Position numbers and translations under genes: made by a program
The notes under the pieces: generated by a model
What the model saw: the letters and a program-made list of their open reading frames with translations, nothing else
The model's database searches: none
What the model was told of the DNA's origin: nothing
Part shown: positions 1 through 7,808 of the stretch, in pieces
Position numbering within the stretch: position 1 is the stretch's first letter
Layout: the number at the start of each line of letters is the position of its first letter
Source: a virus
Taxonomy: Duplodnaviria; Caudoviricetes
DNA length: 36,357 nt
Virus record (IMG/VR): IMGVR_UViG_3300040806_002796
Span: 1-36,357 of that record
Direction: 5' to 3' (one strand)

Positions 1-320
1 TGTGGCATCATGAACACATCAGAGTTGAAAGTTTTAATATGATCTGTAACTGCTGTGTCTTCTGTTAAATCAAAATATGCAACATTGTTTTCGTTGCATG
101 AATCGGCTATTAATGGATTAGCATCATATGGAGCCGCTGACACTATGATGTCTTGTTTAGATACAAATGCATCTAGTTCTGTCTTGTTAAACACATCTAA
201 TTTTTGTATTTCGTCATTGCCAAATTTATCAGCAACAGTGACATTGTGTTCAGTTGTTTTAAGATAGTTGTAAATTGTGCCACCAATTTTGCCAGCACCA
301 AGTATTCCAATATTTTTCAT
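1..320 (-). CDS. Saccharopine/lysine dehydrogenase-like NAD(P)-dependent oxidoreductase, N-terminal part (runs off the window)
   Basis: Not in the ORF track. Manual translation from ATG 320: MKNIGILGAGKIGGTIYNYL...VTVADK...DIIVSAAPY...VAYFDLTED...FMMP, with a Rossmann GxGxxG and a YFDLTED motif typical of the family. Confidence 0.75.
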   Translation of the reverse strand, partial: MKNIGILGAGKIGGTIYNYLKTTEHNVTVADKFGNDEIQKLDVFNKTELDAFVSKQDIIVSAAPYDANPLIADSCNENNVAYFDLTEDTAVTDHIKTFNSDVFMMP

Positions 321-330
321 ATGCAGTATT

Positions 331-573
331 TTATCCTCTGCCGCTATCGGTGATGAATTTTTCTGGACCTTCTGTAACAAATTCCAGTCCTACCTGTCGA
401 CCGATGTACAGATTTTTTTCTGGATTCCATTGCATATTAATTTTGGCAGTTTTCTGTACCACTGCTGTTAAAAATTCTTTCTCTCTAAATGATAATACTT
501 CTGCTTCTATTATTTTTTCATTTTTTAAACATTTGATTGTGATTTTATCGTCAAAGTGTGTTGTTTTCATCAT
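331..573 (-). CDS. Hypothetical phage protein
   Basis: ORF in a tightly packed minus-strand run; start trimmed to an internal ATG. Confidence 0.55.
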   Translation of the reverse strand: MMKTTHFDDKITIKCLKNEKIIEAEVLSFREKEFLTAVVQKTAKINMQWNPEKNLYIGRQVGLEFVTEGPEKFITDSGRG

Positions 574-769
574 TGTCCTTATTGTTGATTTTGTCTTGAG
601 TTGCATAAAAGTGATACAATATAAAATCTGCCCATAATAGATTTACAAGGTATCCAAACATACTGTATCTGATATTAAACAATATTGGTAAGAAAAATAA
701 CACCAGCCACAACATAAGTAGATAATGTCTTTTACGATGAATGGGTACGGTCCAAAGTAACCAGTTCAT
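551..769 (-). CDS. Small membrane protein
   Basis: Two hydrophobic segments; abuts the rpsU stop codon. Confidence 0.55.
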   Translation of the reverse strand: MNWLLWTVPIHRKRHYLLMLWLVLFFLPILFNIRYSMFGYLVNLLWADFILYHFYATQDKINNKDNDENNTL

Positions 770-967
770 TTAACTATTGAATTTTCTAATTTTTTCTGCT
801 TTTTTAAGATTAATCAATCTTTTTTTTGCGGTTTCTCTTTTTATTTCACTAGGTTTTTGATAGTGCTGTCTATCTTTTAGTTCTTGAAAAAGTCCTTCCT
901 TTTTCATTTTACGTTTCATCAAACGTAAGGCTTTTTCAACATTATTATTCCTGACTTCTATTTTCAC
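770..967 (-). CDS. rpsU: Ribosomal protein bS21
   Basis: IEVRNNNVEKALRLMKRKMKKEGLFQELKDRQHYQKPSEIKR matches the bS21 signature; GTG start with GGAGG SD. Confidence 0.92.
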   Translation of the reverse strand: MKIEVRNNNVEKALRLMKRKMKKEGLFQELKDRQHYQKPSEIKRETAKKRLINLKKAEKIRKFNS

Positions 968-1009
968 AGTTCCTCCATTTTTATGTTTAATTTAGTCAAA
1001 TACTACTAA

Positions 1010-1038
1010 AATATAACATTATTTGTGTATAAAGTCAA
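1010..1038 (-). promoter_or_regulatory. Sigma70-like promoter of rpsU
   Basis: TTGACT-17 nt-TATATT on the minus strand. Confidence 0.65.
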
Positions 1039-1072
1039 TAGCAAGATAAGTATTATTAATGGAGAGTTACCA

Positions 1073-1255
1073 ATGGCTAAAAAATCGGATAGAGTACTCA
1101 GACGCGAAATCAAAAAAGCCGAGAAAGCCATTCGTAATAAATCACGTATAATACCAAAACGTGATACCAAATCCAGTCTGGATAAAACAGCAACTTTTCC
1201 AGAATCCCACGTAATCACCCTAGATGATCTAACTAATCCGGATTTTGATAAATAG
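1073..1255 (+). CDS. Small basic hypothetical protein
   Basis: ATG 1073 with GGAG SD; MAKKSDRVLRREIKKAEK..., 60 aa. Confidence 0.5.
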   Translation: MAKKSDRVLRREIKKAEKAIRNKSRIIPKRDTKSSLDKTATFPESHVITLDDLTNPDFDK

Positions 1256-1286
1256 TGACTTTGTGCTTTTTGCACTAGAAGATCAA

Positions 1287-1847
1287 TTACAAGATATGAT
1301 CTGCAATTTTTAAATCAACCAATTGTTTTGCTGTAAAATATTGATCGGAAGGATTGTTGAATTTTTTTCTAACATCTACCAAACTGTATCCGGTAGCATC
1401 TCTTAATATCTGCATACATCTTTGTTCACAGTTGTTGTTTTCTTTCATCTGTGCTTTCATGTCATGCATTTTGGATTCCATTGTGTCCGAGTGTTGATGG
1501 TTTAATATGCCTGTGTTTTTACCAATGTAACGCTCACCTTGTTTGCCACTGGCGAATATCAAAAAGCCTGCACTCATCACAGCACCAATACCAATTGTGC
1601 TGACATGATGGTGACTGTTCCGCATCACATCTATCAATGCAAATGATTCATACAAATCGCCACCCACTGTGTTGACGTACAATGTCAATGTGCGTTTTGG
1701 TTTTTTGTTGAGATTGGCTGACAGAATCCATTTGATTGCTTTGCTGACATTATCTTCTGTGATTTCTCCGTTCAAATAATGAACGTCATTGTCATAAAGA
1801 CTGACTTCTGCTCGCTCTTCTGCACTGTAATTTTCGTACTTTTTCAT
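1287..1847 (-). CDS. clpP: ClpP-family protease subunit
   Basis: LYVNTVGGD, VMSAGFLIF (Ser), LNHQ (His) and DQYFTAKQ...IADHI motifs. Confidence 0.88.
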   Translation of the reverse strand: MKKYENYSAEERAEVSLYDNDVHYLNGEITEDNVSKAIKWILSANLNKKPKRTLTLYVNTVGGDLYESFALIDVMRNSHHHVSTIGIGAVMSAGFLIFASGKQGERYIGKNTGILNHQHSDTMESKMHDMKAQMKENNNCEQRCMQILRDATGYSLVDVRKKFNNPSDQYFTAKQLVDLKIADHIL

Positions 1848-1854
1848 TATCGTT

Positions 1855-1863
1855 GTATTTATA
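1855..1863 (-). promoter_or_regulatory. T4-type late promoter (TATAAATA) upstream of clpP
   Basis: Minus strand reads TATAAATAcaacgataATG. Confidence 0.55.
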
Positions 1864-1903
1864 AGAAATTTGGGTATGGCAATTATATGGGCAGTTAATG
1901 GAA

Positions 1904-2368
1904 CTAATCCTGCTGAGTCCAGGAATATTTGGATAGTTCTGAATCTTCAGCCCATCTTATGAACAGTCCCAGTTCCTTGCCATGTGCTTCTATCTCCCAG
2001 GGCAGATCCCAGTAGTTGGTGTTGCTGTCCACTGCTTTATTTTGCCATCTGCTTGATCCCGAACGTGACATATCAACCAACTCACCTTTGCTGTACTGTT
2101 TGACGTGGACCATCTCGTGTGCTATGGTCTCCATTATTGTTCTTTTGGATCCTGTGCTGTCCACAGTTATTGTAAATTCTTTTGGTCTATGATTACTGTC
2201 ATCAAAATCAACTTCGCCTAATATACCATCTTCCTTGTACAATGTCTTGGAAAATTCTACATCAATCACAACCGAGTCTTTGATCTTCAATTTCTTGGCA
2301 CAGTAATGAACAAGACTTTCCGTCAAGTCTGTGATACTTTTGTTTGCTCCTGAAACAGTGACCAACAT
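1904..2368 (-). CDS. Zincin-like metallopeptidase
   Basis: IAHEMVHVKQY (HExxH) plus YWDLPWEIEA. Confidence 0.75.
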   Translation of the reverse strand: MLVTVSGANKSITDLTESLVHYCAKKLKIKDSVVIDVEFSKTLYKEDGILGEVDFDDSNHRPKEFTITVDSTGSKRTIMETIAHEMVHVKQYSKGELVDMSRSGSSRWQNKAVDSNTNYWDLPWEIEAHGKELGLFIRWAEDSELSKYSWTQQD

Positions 2369-2532
2369 TATCCTTTTGCCAACTCCATAGCCAACTGCTT
2401 GATTTCATCTGTTAAAAATTTGATTTCTTCTTGAGGTCTTTTTTCAGCGATGGCTTGTTCAACTGCCATACTTTTTTGTTTAATGGCAGTTAATTTAATT
2501 TTAATATCTTCGAAATTGTGATATTGTAACAT
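2368..2532 (-). CDS. Small coiled-coil hypothetical protein (54 aa)
   Basis: Manual translation MLQYHNFEDIKIKLTAIKQKSMAVEQAIAEKRPQEEIKFLTDEIKQLAMELAKG; TAATG overlap with the next gene. Confidence 0.6.
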   Translation of the reverse strand: MLQYHNFEDIKIKLTAIKQKSMAVEQAIAEKRPQEEIKFLTDEIKQLAMELAKG

Positions 2533-2538
2533 AATTTT

Positions 2539-2567
2539 ATATTAACACAAATACGAGTTGATGTCAA
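2539..2567 (-). promoter_or_regulatory. Sigma70-like promoter, probably leaderless transcript
   Basis: TTGACA-17 nt-TAATAT, with the ATG 6 nt downstream. Confidence 0.6.
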
Positions 2568-2571
2568 TTGT

Positions 2572-3270
2572 CTATTTTTTGATTTTGGGAAACAAAGCAT
2601 CTGTGCAGAACAGTTCTACATCTGCTTCTGCCAATCCCAATGACTTCATAACCCTTGGAGTATGCGGATTTTGTTGCTGATTATGGCAGTAATAGTTCTG
2701 TGCTTCTATGGTATCTTCTTTTTTGGCAGTGCCGTTGTACTCTGCAATAGAATCAAAATACATTTTTAAATTTTCCAATGCCAAATTCACAATCGCTTTG
2801 GATTCTTCTTCACTGCTGACATTGCCTGCGGCAACCATTGAGCCACTGAATATGTTTAATGCCCATTGTGGTAATTCACGTTTCTTGCTGGGAATGAATT
2901 CTTCCACCGCATCTTTGAAGGCATCTATGAGTGGATGATCTTCTCCGCCAGAACTTTTTGAAAAGTCATGGAAGGCTCCTGTCATTTTGTTTTTGCCTGC
3001 GATAACATCAAATCCGTATATAGGACCATTGTTGTCCAAGTTAGGAAAGATACACACGTGCATCATCCATAATCCTTTTGAATCTCTAGCATCCACAACA
3101 TCTATATGACAACGTCTACAGTCTTTGGTTTGCCAAACTCTGTTGATCCAACCGTTGTCTGGTTGATTGAATTGTGCCATACCTTCTTCTTGAATCTCCG
3201 TGCCTCTTGCGTCAAACTCTTTTATGATTTGTTCTTTGCAGTCTATTAGAGTGTCCCATATTATGCTCAT
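2572..3270 (-). CDS. pcyX: Ferredoxin-dependent bilin reductase, PcyA/PcyX-like
   Basis: RRCHIDVVD, LWMMHVCIFP, PIYGFDVIAG, GAFHDFS, LPQWA..IFS and QNYYCHNQQQNPHTPRVMKSLG match the FDBR family; linked to a heme oxygenase. The pcyX versus pcyA assignment is inferred. Confidence 0.82.
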   Translation of the reverse strand: MSIIWDTLIDCKEQIIKEFDARGTEIQEEGMAQFNQPDNGWINRVWQTKDCRRCHIDVVDARDSKGLWMMHVCIFPNLDNNGPIYGFDVIAGKNKMTGAFHDFSKSSGGEDHPLIDAFKDAVEEFIPSKKRELPQWALNIFSGSMVAAGNVSSEEESKAIVNLALENLKMYFDSIAEYNGTAKKEDTIEAQNYYCHNQQQNPHTPRVMKSLGLAEADVELFCTDALFPKIKK

Positions 3271-3274
3271 AATG

Positions 3275-4168
3275 TTATCCTTTATTTTTTTTTAATAATG
3301 ATTCAGTATACCTACTAAATTTTGTATAATAATTTCCATCTATCTCTTTTCCATAATTCAGATCTTTAATCAATAAATGAAAAGTTAATCCAATTTTCCA
3401 TGATACATTTTCCATGTTGTAGTTACTTGAACCATGTATGACACACGAATCTTGTATAATAGCATTTCCTGGAATCCAAGGAAACGTCTCTTCAATACTT
3501 ATTCCTTCATAAGAGGTGGCATAATCTTTCTTACCAACGTGTTTGTTGAACCAATCTGTATCAATACAATCATATTTGCAATTTTCAACCCCATAATCTT
3601 CGTAAGGTTTTTCTCTAAGAATATTGCTATACACAGCAAAGTATTTGTTTCTACGACCTTTTTGGAATAATGTTGCTCTACTTTTGTATCGTTGTTCGCA
3701 AGTATAGTAGAACAGTTCTTTATCATCAGAAAGTTCAATAGGTATTACAACGTCTTTGTATGGCTTGTATCCAGGTATATGTGTTATACAATCTGTATGT
3801 AATTGATATGGTGTAAGGATTTTAAAAAATTGGTCTCCAACACTTATTGGATCATTACTTACTGAACTATAAAAGGTAAAATCTTCTTCTAATTGAGTTT
3901 TTAATTTGTCATAGATAATTTCTTGAATTAATTGGTACTTACTAGGATGATTTATACGTAGTATTTTATTGTTAACATTCTCTCCATTATTTTCATATTC
4001 GTTTAAAAAGAAATCAAATAAGGTTTTTCTTTCTTTGTCATCTAAAAATTTCTCTACCATGTAAGATGATTGATCGTTGTTTGTAAAAAATTCTATGTTT
4101 GGATCATGGATCACATCTTTATCTTCTGGCAAACTGATTCCTGGATTAGACTTGTAAAACTTAGGCAT
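3275..4168 (-). CDS. Putative Fe(II)/2OG dioxygenase-like protein, paralog A
   Basis: LHTD...DVVIPIEL...DSCVIHGS gives an HxD...H triad; ATG 4168 with AGGAG SD. Confidence 0.55.
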   Translation of the reverse strand: MPKFYKSNPGISLPEDKDVIHDPNIEFFTNNDQSSYMVEKFLDDKERKTLFDFFLNEYENNGENVNNKILRINHPSKYQLIQEIIYDKLKTQLEEDFTFYSSVSNDPISVGDQFFKILTPYQLHTDCITHIPGYKPYKDVVIPIELSDDKELFYYTCEQRYKSRATLFQKGRRNKYFAVYSNILREKPYEDYGVENCKYDCIDTDWFNKHVGKKDYATSYEGISIEETFPWIPGNAIIQDSCVIHGSSNYNMENVSWKIGLTFHLLIKDLNYGKEIDGNYYTKFSRYTESLLKKNKG

Positions 4169-5081
4169 AATTAGAACTCCTAGGATCAGCATTGAATTCT
4201 TTAAATTTTTGCAACTCTTGAGAGTATCTACTAAAAATAGTAGAAGGATTATATTCTAATATTTTTTTGAATAATCTTAATGTAATACCTAATTTATATT
4301 TTCCGCCTTGTAGATTATAATTAGTAGCACCATGTATTACTGAACTATCAGTAACAATAGCAGTGCCTGGTGTCCAAGGCAACATTTTATCTATACTAAA
4401 TCCTTTTAACACTTCATAATTATATATTCCGAAATACTGTTCATACCATTCTTTTGAAATCATTTTATTAGGATCTGCTTCATAGTTCTTGAAAAAACTG
4501 TATTGATCGTATGTCTTTTCTCTTATGACATCTGTATACAGTGTAAACACTTCATCTACATGACTGTATTTGAACCTTGCTCCCCTTCCGTACCAACGTT
4601 GTTTGAATGTGTAATATGGTGCGTTGTCGCAACCTTCTAGTTCTAAAGGAATCAACACATCTTTGTAAGGCACATACCCTGGTATATGTATAATTGCATC
4701 AGTGTGTGGAGCAAATATACCTTGTTGCCAAAAATAAAAATCTGCTGTTTGTTGTAAGTCTTGTTCATTTTTTGCAATATCGTTATATGTAAACCACTCA
4801 CCAAACAATTTGTTTAGTTTAGGTACAATTATTTCATTAAGTTCTGGAAATTGAAGCGGGTATTTTAAAAAGAAATGACTTTTATGTAGTTTAAGTCCGT
4901 CACTGGTCACCTTGTCATAATAAAACTTTTTACAAAACTCTGTTTCAGTGTCATCTAAAAAATTAATTTGGTACGGAGATTCTTCTTCAATAAAACCTTC
5001 AAATGATTTGTCGTGTGGATTATGAATTAAATCTTTGCCGTATATACCTAGTTGTTTGGCTTGTTCACTATGGTCAGACAT
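4161..5081 (-). CDS. Putative Fe(II)/2OG dioxygenase-like protein, paralog B
   Basis: PHTD...DVLIPLEL...DSSVIHGA; clearly paralogous to 3275..4168. Confidence 0.55.
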   Translation of the reverse strand: MSDHSEQAKQLGIYGKDLIHNPHDKSFEGFIEEESPYQINFLDDTETEFCKKFYYDKVTSDGLKLHKSHFFLKYPLQFPELNEIIVPKLNKLFGEWFTYNDIAKNEQDLQQTADFYFWQQGIFAPHTDAIIHIPGYVPYKDVLIPLELEGCDNAPYYTFKQRWYGRGARFKYSHVDEVFTLYTDVIREKTYDQYSFFKNYEADPNKMISKEWYEQYFGIYNYEVLKGFSIDKMLPWTPGTAIVTDSSVIHGATNYNLQGGKYKLGITLRLFKKILEYNPSTIFSRYSQELQKFKEFNADPRSSNYA

Positions 5082-5305
5082 TACGCACTGCCATCTAGAA
5101 AAGGATCATCTATTTCCTCTCCTTTTAATGCTTTTACTCTGTCTTCAAGCACACTGATTGCAGTTATGATATGGCCACAATCTGTTTCTTGTACTCTGCT
5201 TTTCAAATAGTTTATTTCTTGTTGAAGTATGTTTGTTCTAATTAGATTGCCTGAAAAGTCTTTTCTTGATTTTCTTAGAGGTGATGTGTTACTTAACTTG
5301 ACCAT
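5081..5305 (-). CDS. Small hypothetical protein
   Basis: MVKLSNTSP...CGHIITAISVLEDRVK; overlaps both neighbours. Confidence 0.55.
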   Translation of the reverse strand: MVKLSNTSPLRKSRKDFSGNLIRTNILQQEINYLKSRVQETDCGHIITAISVLEDRVKALKGEEIDDPFLDGSA

Positions 5306-5834
5306 CTTGCATTTCTTTAAACAGTTGAGTGGCAAAGTTAAAACACACTTTGGCTTCTTCTGCCATGCTGTCTTTGGTTTTGCTTCTAATTTTGTCTTTT
5401 AAATCTGTTACGTCCCCTTCAAACTGATACAGTTTACCTGAACCAGGCACTTTCTTTTTCAGTATCTGTCCACCACTTAAATCTCCCATGTGCCTCACAT
5501 AAACATGGGCCATCACTTTGTCAACATCGTCACGTATACGGAAAATGTGTTCCATATATTTCTTTGTGGAAGGTTTATGTTCTGGTGGAGGATTATCTCC
5601 CCATAATTCAATATAGTCTTCCATTATGCTAGGAGCTCTTCTGATTGTTGGAATGTTGTTGAAGATACCATGCATCATTGCTGTGGCTTCAAGTGTATCA
5701 TAAATGGCATGTTGATTGAATAAAAATTCCGCATATTGTTTTTCGTCCACAGTGCCGCGAAATATCTCCATCACAAATTGCTGACGTTCAGCATTTTTGT
5801 GTTCTTCCATTGTTAATTCTTTTAATGAACTCAT
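5289..5834 (-). CDS. hemO: Heme oxygenase (biliverdin-producing)
   Basis: LKELTMEEHKNAE (proximal His) and HVYVRHMGDLSGGQIL signature. Confidence 0.92.
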   Translation of the reverse strand: MSSLKELTMEEHKNAERQQFVMEIFRGTVDEKQYAEFLFNQHAIYDTLEATAMMHGIFNNIPTIRRAPSIMEDYIELWGDNPPPEHKPSTKKYMEHIFRIRDDVDKVMAHVYVRHMGDLSGGQILKKKVPGSGKLYQFEGDVTDLKDKIRSKTKDSMAEEAKVCFNFATQLFKEMQDGQVK

Positions 5835-6139
5835 TCTTTTTCTATTATTACTTGTAGTGGATAACCTTTTGCTCTACTGGCATTGGTAACTTCTGTGCCT
5901 TTTTGTTCTGCTATCTCGTATGTGTACACTGCAATCACACACGAACCTTCTTTGTGAATTTTAAGTGTTAATTCTTTTGCTGTTTCTATGGTGTGTTTGA
6001 ACACACTACAAATTATGTCTATCACAAAATCCATTGGTGTAACATCATCGTTCATGATGATCACCTTAAAATTGTCGGGTTGCTTTACAACCTGTTTGAT
6101 CTTTTCATCTATTTGTACATCTATGTCAGTGCCTGTCAT
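5831..6139 (-). CDS. clpS: ClpS N-degron adaptor
   Basis: FKVIIMNDDVTPMDFV...IHKEG...EIAEQK...GYPL; start placed at ATG 6139. Confidence 0.92.
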   Translation of the reverse strand: MTGTDIDVQIDEKIKQVVKQPDNFKVIIMNDDVTPMDFVIDIICSVFKHTIETAKELTLKIHKEGSCVIAVYTYEIAEQKGTEVTNASRAKGYPLQVIIEKE

Positions 6140-6159
6140 TCTATTCCTGTTGTTAGTGC

Positions 6160-6181
6160 GGTAGGGTGTTGCCACCCTACC
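6160..6181 (-). other. Intergenic GNRA hairpin between hsp20 and clpS
   Basis: GGTAGGGTG-GCAA-CACCCTACC, a 9-bp stem with no U-tract. Confidence 0.6.
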
Positions 6182-6191
6182 TATATTAAAG

Positions 6192-6635
6192 TTACTTAAC
6201 TTCGATAGTTCTTGCCTTCTTACCTTCTGGAATTATTCTTTCCATGGATATTTTTAGCAAACCATCTTTAAGTTCTGCTCCTTTTACTTCCACATCGTCA
6301 GCAATAGTAAAGGCTTTTGCGAACCATCTCTTACTGATTCCTCTGTGAAGCATACCGTCTATGTCAGAATCTTTGGCTTTTTCCTTAGATTTGACAGTCA
6401 ACATATTGTCCTTGTATTCTACATCAATGTCGTCTTTTGAAAAACCTGCAAGTGCAAGTTCCACGTCATATGTGTAGTCACCGGTCTTCACTATGTTGTA
6501 CGGTGGAAAGTTAGTAGCAGTCATTTGATTGAAATTGTGGTCATCAATCATTCTTTCAAAATGATCGAACACATTGTCGAATCCTACTGTTACTGGTCTT
6601 AATTGATTGAATATAGATAGTGTTTTATTTGTCAT
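6192..6635 (-). CDS. hsp20: Small heat-shock protein (Hsp20/IbpA-like)
   Basis: VGFD, FPPYNIVK, ELALAGF, LHRGISKRWF and GAELKDGLLKI motifs; AGGAG SD before ATG 6635. Confidence 0.93.
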   Translation of the reverse strand: MTNKTLSIFNQLRPVTVGFDNVFDHFERMIDDHNFNQMTATNFPPYNIVKTGDYTYDVELALAGFSKDDIDVEYKDNMLTVKSKEKAKDSDIDGMLHRGISKRWFAKAFTIADDVEVKGAELKDGLLKISMERIIPEGKKARTIEVK

Positions 6636-6642
6636 CGCTTTT

Positions 6643-6692
6643 CTCCTTTTTAAGCAAGTTAATGTAATGTAAGTCCTATCAAGCAACCTACA
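6643..6692 (-). promoter_or_regulatory. Tandem ROSE-like RNA thermometer hairpins
   Basis: CUUGCU-UAAAA-AGGAG over the SD, and UGUAGGUUGCU-UGAU-AGGACUUACA upstream. Confidence 0.6.
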
Positions 6693-6726
6693 CACTTATT
6701 TATTACACATAATTGCGTAATACTGT

Positions 6727-6756
6727 ATTATATAATAGTTAAACCTAAAAAATCAA
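6727..6756 (-). promoter_or_regulatory. Sigma70-like promoter of hsp20
   Basis: TTGATT-18 nt-TATAAT. Confidence 0.5.
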
Positions 6757-6786
6757 GAGAAAAAATAAAAAAATTTACCAAAACAA

Positions 6787-7407
6787 CTATTGTTGGAATC
6801 CATTTAGTTTGGCTATCTGATCATTTTCTGGAGTCATGGCAATCATGGTGTTAAAACTCATGCTGATACGATCCTTGTCTGTTGTGTTCCCTTCCACACT
6901 GTGTTTGACCCAACTTGGAAAAATTATGATCTTGCCTGGTGCCGGATTATAAGTGGCTTTTTGCGAAGTGATTTGTGAATATTTTGGCAGTCTTGGCATA
7001 AAAAATTCAGCATCATCCTCTCTATAAAATTGTATTCTTCCTTGTTCAGGTGTTGCGTCTATGTAATATACTCCACTTAAAAGACTGTCTCTGTGATTGT
7101 GAGGTTGATTATAACTGCCGTTAGGATTAACATTCCACCAAAAGTCACTGATTTGTAGTGTGGGCAATTCTGCCATCTTGGTGCATTGATTGATACTGTT
7201 TTGAATTCCTTGTAACAAAACTTCCACAGTGATAGGCTTTTGAGCCAAGAGATCTTGAGCTTCACTTTGCCATCCACCATAATTGCTAATTTTTCTTCCT
7301 TGAGATTCTTCTTTTAATTTGTAAACATACTCTGTCAATTCAAAGTTGTTGGCTTGTTTTAAATCACCTTGCCAAATTATAGTAGGGAACCATAAGTCTG
7401 CTTTCAT
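6787..7407 (-). CDS. 2OG-Fe(II) oxygenase, TIGR02466-like
   Basis: SNYGGWQS, WWNVN...HNH...LSGVYY, IIFPSWVKHSV and RISMSFN motifs. Confidence 0.85.
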   Translation of the reverse strand: MKADLWFPTIIWQGDLKQANNFELTEYVYKLKEESQGRKISNYGGWQSEAQDLLAQKPITVEVLLQGIQNSINQCTKMAELPTLQISDFWWNVNPNGSYNQPHNHRDSLLSGVYYIDATPEQGRIQFYREDDAEFFMPRLPKYSQITSQKATYNPAPGKIIIFPSWVKHSVEGNTTDKDRISMSFNTMIAMTPENDQIAKLNGFQQ

Positions 7408-7790
7408 TGTTTTTCCTCTGTTGGTGCAAACACTTTCGTTGCTTGTTCAAATTTGTAAATGCGATTATTATTCAAACTGTTGTAGGGTTTGTTAGAGTCT
7501 GATACCAAATAATAAGTTTTAGATTTACTTAAAATGTATCCAGTTAACCAGTGACTGTCCAGACCATTAAGATTAATAAAGATGTGATCCACGATCGACA
7601 CAGTTTCTACTAACCATTTTTCATTCAACATTTTTTCAAAATCATACATGTATATGTTTAAGTCTTGTTTGATATCCTTCATTGCTTCATTGAAGTCTTG
7701 TTTAAGAGAGTCATCAAAATTAATTAATAGAACAGACTTGTTTGAGTCATGAATAGAATCAGGAGGCGTGATTAACTTTATTTCAGGCAT
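7404..7790 (-). CDS. Hypothetical phage protein
   Basis: ORF coupled (ATGA overlap) to the oxygenase gene. Confidence 0.65.
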   Translation of the reverse strand: MPEIKLITPPDSIHDSNKSVLLINFDDSLKQDFNEAMKDIKQDLNIYMYDFEKMLNEKWLVETVSIVDHIFINLNGLDSHWLTGYILSKSKTYYLVSDSNKPYNSLNNNRIYKFEQATKVFAPTEEKQ

Positions 7791-7808
7791 TTGTAGTAAT
7801 TTATTAGA

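Noticed and set aside
2572-5834. Cyanophage assignment based on ho1/pcyA-like genes
   Set aside because: No photosystem or hli genes are present; the tmRNA, DUF1178 and ROSE-like leader fit an alphaproteobacterial host better. The host remains an inference.
6160-6181. Intrinsic terminator after hsp20
   Set aside because: Strong stem but no U-tract on the coding strand; kept only as a stability or processing hairpin.
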